A DNA stretch of 64,000 bases, taken from an uncultured Syntrophorhabdus sp. GTDB taxonomy: Bacteria; Desulfobacterota; BSN033; UBA1163. How positions within the stretch are numbered: the first letter of the stretch is position 1; each line of letters begins with the position of its first letter. The notes below the pieces were generated by a model. The model was given only the letters and a program-made list of their open reading frames with translations. It had not been told where the DNA came from and did no database searches. Below, piece after piece: positions 1 through 8,888 of the stretch. The stretch covers positions 21,553 through 85,552 of the forward strand of contig CAYZFX010000007.1 of assembly GCA_964477935.1 (NCBI GenBank). Reading direction: 5' to 3'. The translations under genes and the position numbers were made by a program.

Positions 1-204
1 CTTGAGATTCAACTAACTTTCCCCTAAATTGAGCGATTCATCCTATCTCACAAGGGGACAGAGATGCCTCCCGCCAATGGCCAGAGGTGATCCACCTCCG
101 GCGGCAAACCCTCTTAGAAGGCGATACGTTGAACCTTCTCCCCGCCCCCCTTTTGAGGGATGAAAAATCGCCCAATTTAGATTTCCATTAAGGAGAAGAG
201 GGTA

Positions 205-363
205 TGGCTATCGAATTGGAATGTCCTATCTGCAGTGCGGATATCCCTCTGGAGGGGGATGAGAGGACAGGGGACTTCGTCCTCTGTTCCTATTGCAAGG
301 TCAGCTTCAAACTGGTCAAAAAGATAGATAAGTGGATCCTCTATGAGGAGGACGAGGGTTAAT
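205..363 (+). CDS. Small zinc-ribbon protein, LysW/ArgW-like (53 aa; not in ORF track)
   Basis: ATG at 205 and TAA at 361-363, read manually as MAIELECPICSADIPLEGDERTGDFVLCSYCKVSFKLVKKIDKWILYEEDEG. It has two CxxC pairs and an acidic C-terminal tail, as in amino-group carrier protein LysW. RBS-like AGGAGAAGAGGG lies upstream. Confidence 0.5.
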
Positions 364-1236
364 GTGAACGTCTTATACGCTTCTGACCTTCACGGCGAGA
401 TCCATCTCTACCAGGAGCTTTCAGAACTGGCCCGATCCTCCTCTGCAGAGGTCGTCGTACTGGGCGGAGATCTCCTCCCTTCTTTCCCTCCGACGAGACG
501 CTATGAGGATCTGATCCCGATTCAGAAGACCTTCATTGATCATTTCCTCCGCCCATACTTTAAAAGGGTACTCGAAGGAAGTGAGGTGAGAAGTTTCCTT
601 CTCATTCCAGGAAACTGGGACCTGGCTTTCTCTCACCTTTTTCACCCCCCCCAAGAAGGATGGATTGATCTGGACCGAAAAACGTATCGATTAAATAACG
701 GGTACGAATTTATCGGATACCCGTTTGTCCCTCCCACCCCCTTCCGGCCTAAAGATTACGAAAAGAGGGATGACGAAGGCTCGCCCTGGCCTCCGCAGAA
801 ACATCCCTCTTATATTCGATCCTCCCCTCAGAGGGACGAATTGGAGGCCATCGACCCTCATCTTTACCTGAAAAGTCGAGGGACTATCGAGGAGGATTTG
901 GAAGTCCTCCCCAAACCTCAACTTCCAGAGAAGGCCGTCTATTTGATGCATTCCCCGCCTTATGGAACGCACCTCGATCGGATCCAGGGAGGAAGATCCG
1001 CTGGGAGCCGTCCTATTCGGGACTTCATCGAGAGGCATCAGCCCTATCTCACTCTTCATGGCCACATCCACGAATCCCCTCTCCTTTCCGGTGCGTATCT
1101 GGATCGGATTGGCCAGACGATATCGATCAATCCGGGTCAGTTCCTCTCGAAAAAACTCCAGGCCATCACCTTCGAAATCGAGAACATAAAGAAAACGTTG
1201 AAACATACCTTGCTCGGCCCAAATTTTCCCCCTTGA
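343..1236 (+). CDS. Metallophosphoesterase (calcineurin-like phosphoesterase)
   Basis: Motifs DLHG, GGDLL, GNWD and GHIH. The annotated ATG overlaps the end of the upstream mini-ORF in another frame, so the true start may be the GTG near 364. Confidence 0.75.
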   Translation: MRRTRVNVNVLYASDLHGEIHLYQELSELARSSSAEVVVLGGDLLPSFPPTRRYEDLIPIQKTFIDHFLRPYFKRVLEGSEVRSFLLIPGNWDLAFSHLFHPPQEGWIDLDRKTYRLNNGYEFIGYPFVPPTPFRPKDYEKRDDEGSPWPPQKHPSYIRSSPQRDELEAIDPHLYLKSRGTIEEDLEVLPKPQLPEKAVYLMHSPPYGTHLDRIQGGRSAGSRPIRDFIERHQPYLTLHGHIHESPLLSGAYLDRIGQTISINPGQFLSKKLQAITFEIENIKKTLKHTLLGPNFPP

Positions 1237-1304
1237 CTTTCGCCCTCCCATATGTCAAGATGGTCATGTAGGTTGTAAGAAGTATCTGTTTGGGTCTGGA
1301 AAAA

Positions 1305-1346
1305 GGTCACAAAAGTACTTCTGAAAACTTTTGTGGCCTTTTTTGT
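1305..1346 (+). terminator. Intrinsic-terminator-like hairpin (12-bp stem GGTCACAAAAGT/ACTTTTGTGGCC) followed by TTTTTTGTT, located in the cspA leader
   Basis: Near-perfect inverted repeat with one G-U wobble, 10-nt loop and a T-run; seen in sequence. Confidence 0.6.
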
Positions 1347-1406
1347 TGGAAGGCCGGAGGCTATTACAACTTACTACAGTCAAACGGAGAAAGGAGGTGA
1401 GTTGTA

Positions 1407-1610
1407 ATGGCCAAAGGTCGTGTCAAATGGTTCAATGAGAAGAAGGGCTTTGGATTCATTTCCAGAGACGATGGAAAGGATGTCTTCGTTCACTTCTCCG
1501 CCATCAAGAGGGACGGGTTCAAGTCCCTCTACGAAGGTGATGAGGTCGAATTCGACGTCTCTCAGGGCCCCAAAGGGCTTCAGGCCACCAACGTGGTGGT
1601 GATCAGCTAA
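1407..1610 (+). CDS. cspA: Cold-shock protein (CspA family)
   Basis: 67 aa [18 protein letters not shown]...VHFSAI with RNP motifs. Strong SD AAAGGAGGTGA 7 nt upstream. Confidence 0.95.
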   Translation: MAKGRVKWFNEKKGFGFISRDDGKDVFVHFSAIKRDGFKSLYEGDEVEFDVSQGPKGLQATNVVVIS

Positions 1611-1625
1611 AAAGGAGCAACCACG

Positions 1626-1661
1626 GAAGAAGGCCCCAGGAAGGATCGAGGGGCCTTCTTC
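1626..1661 (+). terminator. Stem-loop after cspA (12-bp perfect stem GAAGAAGGCCCC/GGGGCCTTCTTC) with no clear U-tract
   Basis: Perfect inverted repeat directly after the cspA stop codon. Confidence 0.45.
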
Positions 1662-1696
1662 TCATGCCTCACCTCCCCCTCCTTTCCTTCCATCCC

Positions 1697-1725
1697 TTGA
1701 CATCGAAGCGAAGCTATTCTATCTT
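1697..1725 (+). promoter_or_regulatory. Sigma70-like promoter (TTGACA, 17 nt, TATCTT) upstream of the TPP riboswitch
   Basis: Perfect -35, 17-nt spacer and a 4/6 -10. The predicted TSS is about 15 nt before the aptamer. Confidence 0.4.
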
Positions 1726-1744
1726 TTTAGTGTTATAAAAATTC

Positions 1745-1845
1745 TTGTCGCGGGGAGTTGGGATGTGCCCGGCTGAGAGGGTGGCCGACCAGTCACCGAC
1801 CCGCTGAACCTGACCTGGATAATGCCAGCGGAGGGATCGACAATA
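1745..1845 (+). ncRNA. TPP (thiamine pyrophosphate) riboswitch aptamer
   Basis: Hallmark THI-box elements GGGATGTGCCCGGCTGAGAGGG and ACCTGACCTGGATAATGCCAGCGGAGGGA. Thiamine-salvage genes lie downstream. Confidence 0.9.
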
Positions 1846-1862
1846 GAGAGTAAATATTGAGC

Positions 1863-1888
1863 CGTCCCTTCGGGGCGGTTTTTTTGTT
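1863..1888 (+). terminator. Riboswitch expression-platform intrinsic terminator (CCGTCCC-TTCG-GGGGCGG then TTTTTTTGTTT)
   Basis: Hairpin plus U-tract lies between the aptamer and the thiM start; classic transcriptional OFF-switch layout. Confidence 0.7.
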
Positions 1889-1905
1889 TCCATTGGGGGA
1901 AGGCG

Positions 1906-2709
1906 ATGGTCTTCGAAACCGAAAACCTGATTGGGATCCTTTCCATGGTCCGGAGGCAGAGGCCAGTGGTCCATGCGATCACCAACTGGGTAACAGCCAA
2001 TGAAGTGGCCGATTGTCTCCATGCCATCGGTGCCAGGCCCATCCTGGCTTGGGCCCTTGAAGAGGTCGAAGAGATCACGGCCAGATCGGATGCCCTGGTC
2101 CTCAACTTAGGGACCCCTTCTCCGGAACGGATCGAGGCCATGCTCCGGTCCGGCAAACGAGCCAACCAGGAGGGTCGGCCGGTCGTCTTCGACCCCGTGG
2201 GAGCGGGGGGATCGACGTTCCGGAAGGACTCCTCAAAGAGAATTCTCGCCGAGCTCCAGATAGCTGTCATCCGGGGAAATCAGGCAGAAATCGGAGCCTT
2301 GGCCGGTAGAGAGGGTCGGTGGGGGGGTGTCGATGCGATTTCAGGTCCCGATGACCTGGAACAACTCTCTTATAACCTGGCCCTTGAAACGAAAGCGATT
2401 GTGGTGGCCACAGGGCCCTGGGATCTGATCCTCTCCTCTCATAAAAGGAGAATCGTCGAGAATGGTCACCCGATGATGGGCCAGATCACCGGTATGGGAT
2501 GTATGCTGTCAGCGGTCATCGCCGCTTTCAACGCGGTGGCCAACGACCCCATGATGGCCACGGTCAGTGCCGTGGGCTTCTTCGGGTGTGCGGGCGAACA
2601 AGCGGGACTCCATTCGATGGGCCCGGGATCTTTTAAAAATGCCTTTTTTGATGCCCTCTTCTCTTTGACACCCGATCAGATGCGACGAGGGCTAAAAGTC
2701 AGATCTTGA
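1906..2709 (+). CDS. thiM: Hydroxyethylthiazole kinase
   Basis: 267 aa ThiM-like (HAITNWVTANEVADCLHAIGARP). Immediately downstream of the TPP riboswitch. Confidence 0.85.
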   Translation: MVFETENLIGILSMVRRQRPVVHAITNWVTANEVADCLHAIGARPILAWALEEVEEITARSDALVLNLGTPSPERIEAMLRSGKRANQEGRPVVFDPVGAGGSTFRKDSSKRILAELQIAVIRGNQAEIGALAGREGRWGGVDAISGPDDLEQLSYNLALETKAIVVATGPWDLILSSHKRRIVENGHPMMGQITGMGCMLSAVIAAFNAVANDPMMATVSAVGFFGCAGEQAGLHSMGPGSFKNAFFDALFSLTPDQMRRGLKVRS

Positions 2710-3227
2710 TTCAGAGGAGGAAGACGATGGAGACACGAACCGTTGCACGGGCCGTCATCCTCGTGGCGATCGGCGTAGCCCTCTCCCCTTTCACCAGCAT
2801 CCCGATCGGCATAGCGAAAATCAATCCCGCTCAGCATTTTGTCAACGTCCTCTCCGCTGTCCTTCTCGGCCCCTGGTGGGCCACTGGAATCGCTTTGATC
2901 ATCGGGGTCCTCCGAAACGCCCTCGGCACTGGGACCCTGCTTGCCTTTCCCGGGGGGATGATCGGCGCCTTCCTTGCGGGCATGGCCTACCGTTACAGTC
3001 GAAAGATCTATATCGGGGCCTTGGGAGAGATCATCGGCACAGGTCTGTTGGGGGCGATGGTGAGTGCCCTGATCGTCGCCCCGGTATTCATGGGAAAGGC
3101 CATGGCCCTCGGATCCCTTATCCTCGCCTTCTCCGGAAGTGCCATCGTCGGAGCAATCATCGGGGTCCTCGGATTGAAACTCCTTGAAAAGGCAGGGGTG
3201 GCCAGGGTCACATCAAAAAGGGATTGA
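2706..3227 (+). CDS. thiW: ECF-transporter S component ThiW (thiazole precursor transporter)
   Basis: About 165 aa polytopic membrane protein with glycine-rich TM helices. Likely start is METRTV at 2727. Sits in the thi riboswitch operon. Confidence 0.7.
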   Translation: MIQRRKTMETRTVARAVILVAIGVALSPFTSIPIGIAKINPAQHFVNVLSAVLLGPWWATGIALIIGVLRNALGTGTLLAFPGGMIGAFLAGMAYRYSRKIYIGALGEIIGTGLLGAMVSALIVAPVFMGKAMALGSLILAFSGSAIVGAIIGVLGLKLLEKAGVARVTSKRD

Positions 3228-3234
3228 CCCGAAG

Positions 3235-4878
3235 ATGATCCTTAGATTCGAGAAGGTGACCTACGCCTATCCAGGCATGAAAAAGCCCGCCCTCGAGGAA
3301 TTCGACCTGGAAATCCGCCCTGGAGAGAGCGTCCTCGTTTCAGGAGCCAGCGGAAGTGGGAAATCGACCTTCTGCAGGGCCACAATCGGGCTGGTTCCCC
3401 ATTTCTACGGTGGAACCTTCACCGGGATCGTCCAAGTGGACGGACTTCAAACGATCCATCATCCGGTCCATGAACTCTTTCGACATGCCGGACTGGTCTT
3501 TCAGAATCCCGATGCCCAGCTCTTCAATCGAACCGTTGAGGCGGAGCTGGCCTATGGCCTGGAGAGCCTCGGCGTGGGGGCCTCGGAGATCGGAAAGAGG
3601 CTCGCATGGGCGAGCCAGTTGGTGGGCCTCGACCATCTGATGGATCGCCCCCCGTGGACACTCTCGGGAGGTGAGAAGCAGAGGGTGGCCCTCGGATCTA
3701 TCCTCACCCTTCGACCCCGTCTCCTCCTTCTCGACGAACCCTTCACCCATCTCGACCCCGAGGCCGCGGAAGGCCTCAGAGAGACCCTCCGGGCTATGAC
3801 ATCCGAGGGGATCACCACGATCATCGTCGAACACCGGCTCCAGGAAATCATTGAAGATGTGAACCGGATCATCGTCCTCTGTGAAGGAAGGGTCGCCCTC
3901 GATGGTCCGCCCCGTCAGGTTGTATCGGATGATCTCGTCTCCTATGGCCTCAATCTTCCCCCTTCGGTCAAGCTCTTTAAGGAATTCGGGATCAGCGCAC
4001 CCCTCTTCGATGTCGAGGAGGGATGGGAAGCATTAAGGAGGGAGAATCTCATCGGGCCCTTTACCCGTTATCTTGCCGAGCGTCTCCCTCGCCCCTCCTC
4101 AAAACCCAACCGTTCGGCTCCTCCTGTCGTCGAGATGGAAGACGTCTGGTTCAGCCCCAATGGCCTTCCCCTCCTTCAAGGGATCGATCTGACCCTTCGA
4201 AAGGGGGAGTGCGTTGCCCTCCTCGGTCGGAACGGAGCGGGTAAGACCACTCTGATCAAACATCTCAATGGCCTGATCAAACCCCAAAAGGGTGCGGTCA
4301 GAATCCTCGGGAAGGACAGCCGGAAATGCCCGGTCTCAGAACTTGCCCGCCATGTGGGGCTGGTCTGGCAAAATCCCAATGATCAGATCTTCAGGCCCAC
4401 CGTTCGAGAGGAGGTTTTAACAGGGTCAAAGATGTTTCAGATCGATGACCCGCTCTGGATCGATCAACTCTTCGAGCGATTCGGCCTCATCCCCTTGCTC
4501 GATCGGTCCCCCTTCGGGTTAAGCGAGGGTGAAAAGAAGAGGGTCTCCATGGCTGCTGCCCTGTCAACCCGACCCGCCCTCCTCGTCCTTGATGAACCCA
4601 CGGCGGGACAGGACGACCCTTCCAGACGACAACTGACCTCCCTTCTCAGGGAGCTTCAGGAAGAGGGTCAGACCCTCCTCTTCGCGACCCATGATCTTGA
4701 GTTCGCCGCGGAACATGCGGAACGCTGGATCATTCTCTCGGAAGGAAAGATCGTGGCCGATGGAGGACCCCGAGAGGTGATGGCCGATTCCCGGAGGCTA
4801 GAACGTGCAGGGCTCCGGGCCACGAGGTGGTTTCGGTTGATTCAGGCGACTCCACCCCGCAGGGAGGATCACCTTTGA
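3235..4878 (+). CDS. ECF transporter ATPase with duplicated ABC domains (EcfA-EcfA' fusion)
   Basis: Two Walker A motifs (GASGSGKST, GRNGAGKTT) and two LSGGEK/LSEGEK signatures. The ORF track starts at 3184; ATG 3235 (MILRFEKV) follows the thiW stop directly. Confidence 0.85.
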   Translation: MILRFEKVTYAYPGMKKPALEEFDLEIRPGESVLVSGASGSGKSTFCRATIGLVPHFYGGTFTGIVQVDGLQTIHHPVHELFRHAGLVFQNPDAQLFNRTVEAELAYGLESLGVGASEIGKRLAWASQLVGLDHLMDRPPWTLSGGEKQRVALGSILTLRPRLLLLDEPFTHLDPEAAEGLRETLRAMTSEGITTIIVEHRLQEIIEDVNRIIVLCEGRVALDGPPRQVVSDDLVSYGLNLPPSVKLFKEFGISAPLFDVEEGWEALRRENLIGPFTRYLAERLPRPSSKPNRSAPPVVEMEDVWFSPNGLPLLQGIDLTLRKGECVALLGRNGAGKTTLIKHLNGLIKPQKGAVRILGKDSRKCPVSELARHVGLVWQNPNDQIFRPTVREEVLTGSKMFQIDDPLWIDQLFERFGLIPLLDRSPFGLSEGEKKRVSMAAALSTRPALLVLDEPTAGQDDPSRRQLTSLLRELQEEGQTLLFATHDLEFAAEHAERWIILSEGKIVADGGPREVMADSRRLERAGLRATRWFRLIQATPPRREDHL

Positions 4879-5561
4879 AACGCCCCCCTCTCGATCCGCG
4901 GACGCATCTCGTCCTTGCCCTGGTCCTGATGGCCATGATGGTGGCCTTCAACCACTGGCTCTTCTTGCTCGGAGGGCTGGGCCTGTTGGTGGTCCTCGTC
5001 CTCTCCCTCCGTCTGTTCCGTTCCTGGAGAAATTTCCTGAAACATCTGGGGATCGCTCTTCTCACGTTCTTCTTCATCGCCTGGGTCGCCTTCGATCTGG
5101 AGACAGGGATCGTCTCCGGCCTTCGACTCCTCACCATTGGAACAGTCTCCTTTCTCTTTTTTCAGACGACCCCCCCGGAGATCATTGCCAACGGCCTGAT
5201 AAAGTTAGGTTGCCCGTATGCGGTCGCCTTCGTGCTCAACGCAAGCCTCCAATTCGTTCCGATCCTCGCCCGTCGAGCCCGAACTATTCGAGATGCCCAG
5301 CGATCTCGAGGTATCCCTGTCGAAGGTGGAGTTCGAAGTCTCTTCCACCTCCCTGCTCTTGCAGGCCCCCTCCTCATCCAATCCTTCAAGTTCGCCGACG
5401 AACTGGCAGAGGCGATGGAGGCCCGGGGGTTCGGTCTTCAAGGTCGCACGTTCCGCTATGCGCTTAAAATGAGATGGCTCGATTGGGTATTGATCACCTT
5501 TAGCCTGTTGGTGCTGGGCCTCGTTTTCCTGATAAGATTTCGGATGCTCCCTGCCTTCTGA
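4827..5561 (+). CDS. ECF transporter transmembrane T component (EcfT/CbiQ family)
   Basis: LDPRTHLVLALVL N-terminal motif and multi-TM profile. A probable TTG start at 4875 overlaps the ecfA TGA stop (cTTTGAaa), suggesting translational coupling. Confidence 0.8.
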   Translation: MVSVDSGDSTPQGGSPLKRPPLDPRTHLVLALVLMAMMVAFNHWLFLLGGLGLLVVLVLSLRLFRSWRNFLKHLGIALLTFFFIAWVAFDLETGIVSGLRLLTIGTVSFLFFQTTPPEIIANGLIKLGCPYAVAFVLNASLQFVPILARRARTIRDAQRSRGIPVEGGVRSLFHLPALAGPLLIQSFKFADELAEAMEARGFGLQGRTFRYALKMRWLDWVLITFSLLVLGLVFLIRFRMLPAF

Positions 5562-5563
5562 AC

Positions 5564-5593
5564 TTGACATAACCCTCTCCTCCAGTCTATATT
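5564..5593 (+). promoter_or_regulatory. Sigma70-like promoter for carB (TTGACA, 18 nt, TATATT)
   Basis: Good -35 and -10, about 55 nt upstream of the carB ATG. Confidence 0.5.
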
Positions 5594-5648
5594 CATCTCC
5601 ACTCATTGAGTTCCCAGAATCCCCATCCCCACACCTTTAAAGGAGACC

Positions 5649-8600
5649 TTGCCCATGCCAAGGCGAAACGACATCAGGAAGGTGATGATCATCGGATCGG
5701 GCCCTATCGTCATCGGACAGGCCTGTGAATTTGACTACTCCGGAACTCAGGCCTGTAAAGCCCTGCGCGAATTGGGTTACGAGATCGTCCTGGTCAATTC
5801 CAACCCGGCCACCATCATGACCGACCCAGGGATGGCAGATGCCACCTATATCGAACCCCTCAATCTCCAGCGGATGAAGGAGATCATCGAGAAGGAGAGG
5901 CCTGATGCGTTGCTTCCCAATCTCGGTGGCCAGACTGGACTGAACCTGGCGTCAGAATTAAAACGGGAAGGCATCCTCGATCAATACGGTGTCAAGGTGA
6001 TTGGAGTTGACATCGAAGCAATCAAACGGGGGGAAGACCGCCTCGCCTTCAAAGAGACGATGAAGCAGCTCGGCATTGAAATGCCGAGGAGTCAGATCGC
6101 CTTCTCCGTGGAAGAGGCAGAGGCAATCGCTGCCGAGCTCGGCTATCCGGTCGTGATCCGACCTGCCTACACCCTCGGAGGAACAGGCGGAGGGCTGGTC
6201 TATAACGTGGAGGAGCTCCGGGTCGTGGCCAGCCGGGGAATTTCAGCAAGCCTGGTCGGACAGGTATTGGTGGAAGAGTCAGTTCTCGGCTGGGAAGAAC
6301 TGGAGCTCGAAGTGGTCCGGGATTCCAAAAACCAGTTGATCACGGTCTGCTTCATCGAGAATGTGGATGCGATGGGGGTTCACACAGGAGACTCCTTCTG
6401 CACGGCCCCTATGCTCACCATCTCCCCTGAATTGCAGAAGCGACTTCAGAAATATGCCTATGACATCGTGGAGGCCATTCAGGTCATCGGTGGCACCAAT
6501 ATCCAGTTTGCCCACAACCCTGCCACCGGACGCCTCGTCGTCATCGAGATCAATCCCCGGACGTCCCGTTCCTCGGCCCTGGCTTCAAAAGCCACAGGTT
6601 TCCCCATTGCCCTCGTCTCTGCCAAACTGGCAGCGGGCCTGACGCTGGATGAGATCCCCTACTGGAGGGAGGGGACGCTCGAGAAATATACCCCCTCGGG
6701 CGATTATGTGGTCGTGAAGTTTGCCCGTTGGGCTTTTGAAAAGTTCAAGAATGCCCAAGACAAGTTAGGCACTCAGATGCGCGCGGTGGGCGAGGTGATG
6801 AGCATTGGAAAGACCTATAAAGAAGCCTTTCAGAAGGCAATCCGGTCCCTCGAGATCGGCCGCTACGGGCTCGGCTTCGCCAAAGACTTTCATCAGAAGA
6901 GCCTTGAGGAACTGATGGAACTTCTGACCGAGCCCTCGAGCGAGCGCCAGTTCATCATGTATGAGGCCCTCCGTAAGGGGGCAACGGTCGAAGACCTCTC
7001 CAAAAAGACCTACATCAAGCCCTGGTTTATCGAGCAGATGAAAGAGTTGGTGGAGTTGGAAGAAGAGATCCTCAAATATCAGGGCCAGACCTTGCCCGAT
7101 GAACTCCTGATCCGGGCGAAGAGGGATGGTTTTTCCGACCGCTACCTCTCCCAGCTCCTCGGGATCCCCGAGAAGAAGATTCGGGAGAGGCGGATCGCCC
7201 TTGGGGTCGTCCAGGGCTGGCAGGCGGTGCCGGTTAGCGGTGTGGAAAACGCTGCTTACTACTACTCCACTTACAACGGGCCCGATCAGGTGGCCGTCAG
7301 CACCCGTCCAAAGGTGATGGTCCTTGGGGGAGGCCCGAATCGCATCGGACAGGGGATCGAATTCGATTATTGCTGCGTCCACGCTGCCTTCTCTCTGCGA
7401 GACGAAGGGTTTGAAACGATCATGGTCAACTGCAACCCCGAGACGGTCTCCACCGATTATGACACCTCTGACAAGCTCTATTTCGAACCCCTCACGGTCG
7501 AGGATGTCCTGGGCATTTATGAGAAAGAGAAACCCCTCGGCGTCATCGTTCAATTCGGGGGGCAGACCCCGCTCAACATCGCCAACGAACTTGCCCAGGC
7601 AGGGGTGAAGATCCTCGGCACCTCGCCCAAGGCAATTGACCTCGCCGAGGATCGAGATCGTTTCCGGAAGATGATGGCGAAATTGAAGATCCCGATGCCC
7701 GAATCGGGGATGGCGAGCAACCTAAAGGAGGCCCTCAAGGTGGCCGAGAAGATTGGCTATCCCCTGATGGTGAGACCCTCCTATGTCCTCGGGGGCAGAG
7801 GGATGGAGGTGATCCACGACGAGGAGATGCTCAAAGAGTATGTGGAGGCTGCGGTGGGGGTGACGCCGCAGCGACCCATCCTGATCGACAAGTTCCTGGA
7901 GAACGCCATTGAGAGCGAAGCAGATGCCCTCTCGGATGGGGCTGATGCCTTTGTTCCAGCGGTCATGGAGCATATTGAACTGGCGGGGATCCACTCGGGC
8001 GATTCCGCCTGTGTGATCCCTCCCATCAGCATCCCCCCCAGACATCTCGATACCATCTACGAATATACGAAAAGGATCGCCATCGAGCTAAAGGTCGTCG
8101 GTTTGATGAACATCCAGTATGCTATCGCCAAGGATCGGGTCTATGTCCTCGAGGCCAATCCCCGTGCCTCCCGCACGGTCCCCATCGTCTCAAAGGTCTG
8201 TAACCTCCCGATGGCCCGGCTGGCCACCCAGATCCTGATGGGTAAAAGATTGAGTGCCTTCAACCTCAAGCCGAAATTCATCCGACATTTCGGGGTCAAG
8301 GAGTCGGTCTTCCCCTTCAACATGTTTCCCGAGGTCGATCCCGTTTTAGGACCGGAGATGCGCTCCACTGGAGAGGTCCTGGGCCTGGCGAACACCTTCG
8401 GTCTCGCCTTCTATAAGGCCCAAGAGGCCGCTCAACAATTTCTTCCCTCGGAGGGGACGGTCCTCATCACGGTCTCCGAGAGGGATCGACCGGCGGTCCT
8501 CGAAGTCGCCCAGGAAATGGTCAGGCTGGGCTTTAAGATTAAGGCAACCCATGGGACCCACCGGTTTTTAGCTGACCACGGGATCGAGTCTGAGAAGATC

Positions 8601-8855
8601 TTAAAGATGCACGAAGGGCGGCCCAATATCGTGGATGCGATCAAAAACCGGGAGATTCAGCTCGTCATCAATACGCCCAGCGGGAAGCTGAGCAAGGAGG
8701 ACGATTCTTACATCCGGAAGGCAGCGATCCGATATAAGATCCCATATATCACCACCCTGGCTGCGGCCATGGCAGGGGCCAAGGGCATCGCTGCTGCCCT
8801 GCAGGGAAAGGGAGGCGTCCGCTCCCTGCAGGATTACCACAGTGAGATTCGTTAG
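5649..8855 (+). CDS. carB: Carbamoyl-phosphate synthase large subunit
   Basis: 1068 aa with two ATP-grasp repeats and an MGS-like C-terminus; unmistakable CarB sequence. Confidence 0.97.
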   Translation: MPMPRRNDIRKVMIIGSGPIVIGQACEFDYSGTQACKALRELGYEIVLVNSNPATIMTDPGMADATYIEPLNLQRMKEIIEKERPDALLPNLGGQTGLNLASELKREGILDQYGVKVIGVDIEAIKRGEDRLAFKETMKQLGIEMPRSQIAFSVEEAEAIAAELGYPVVIRPAYTLGGTGGGLVYNVEELRVVASRGISASLVGQVLVEESVLGWEELELEVVRDSKNQLITVCFIENVDAMGVHTGDSFCTAPMLTISPELQKRLQKYAYDIVEAIQVIGGTNIQFAHNPATGRLVVIEINPRTSRSSALASKATGFPIALVSAKLAAGLTLDEIPYWREGTLEKYTPSGDYVVVKFARWAFEKFKNAQDKLGTQMRAVGEVMSIGKTYKEAFQKAIRSLEIGRYGLGFAKDFHQKSLEELMELLTEPSSERQFIMYEALRKGATVEDLSKKTYIKPWFIEQMKELVELEEEILKYQGQTLPDELLIRAKRDGFSDRYLSQLLGIPEKKIRERRIALGVVQGWQAVPVSGVENAAYYYSTYNGPDQVAVSTRPKVMVLGGGPNRIGQGIEFDYCCVHAAFSLRDEGFETIMVNCNPETVSTDYDTSDKLYFEPLTVEDVLGIYEKEKPLGVIVQFGGQTPLNIANELAQAGVKILGTSPKAIDLAEDRDRFRKMMAKLKIPMPESGMASNLKEALKVAEKIGYPLMVRPSYVLGGRGMEVIHDEEMLKEYVEAAVGVTPQRPILIDKFLENAIESEADALSDGADAFVPAVMEHIELAGIHSGDSACVIPPISIPPRHLDTIYEYTKRIAIELKVVGLMNIQYAIAKDRVYVLEANPRASRTVPIVSKVCNLPMARLATQILMGKRLSAFNLKPKFIRHFGVKESVFPFNMFPEVDPVLGPEMRSTGEVLGLANTFGLAFYKAQEAAQQFLPSEGTVLITVSERDRPAVLEVAQEMVRLGFKIKATHGTHRFLADHGIESEKILKMHEGRPNIVDAIKNREIQLVINTPSGKLSKEDDSYIRKAAIRYKIPYITTLAAAMAGAKGIAAALQGKGGVRSLQDYHSEIR

Positions 8856-8888
8856 ACTCCAGGCTCAGGCGTCTTTGGGCTCTTGAGA

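Noticed and set aside
6049-7553. Antisense ORFs inside carB (for example 6765..7553 minus, 262 aa)
   Set aside because: They lie entirely within a high-confidence conserved CDS, have no domain signatures and show the Ala/Arg/Gly/Pro bias typical of GC-rich antisense frames.
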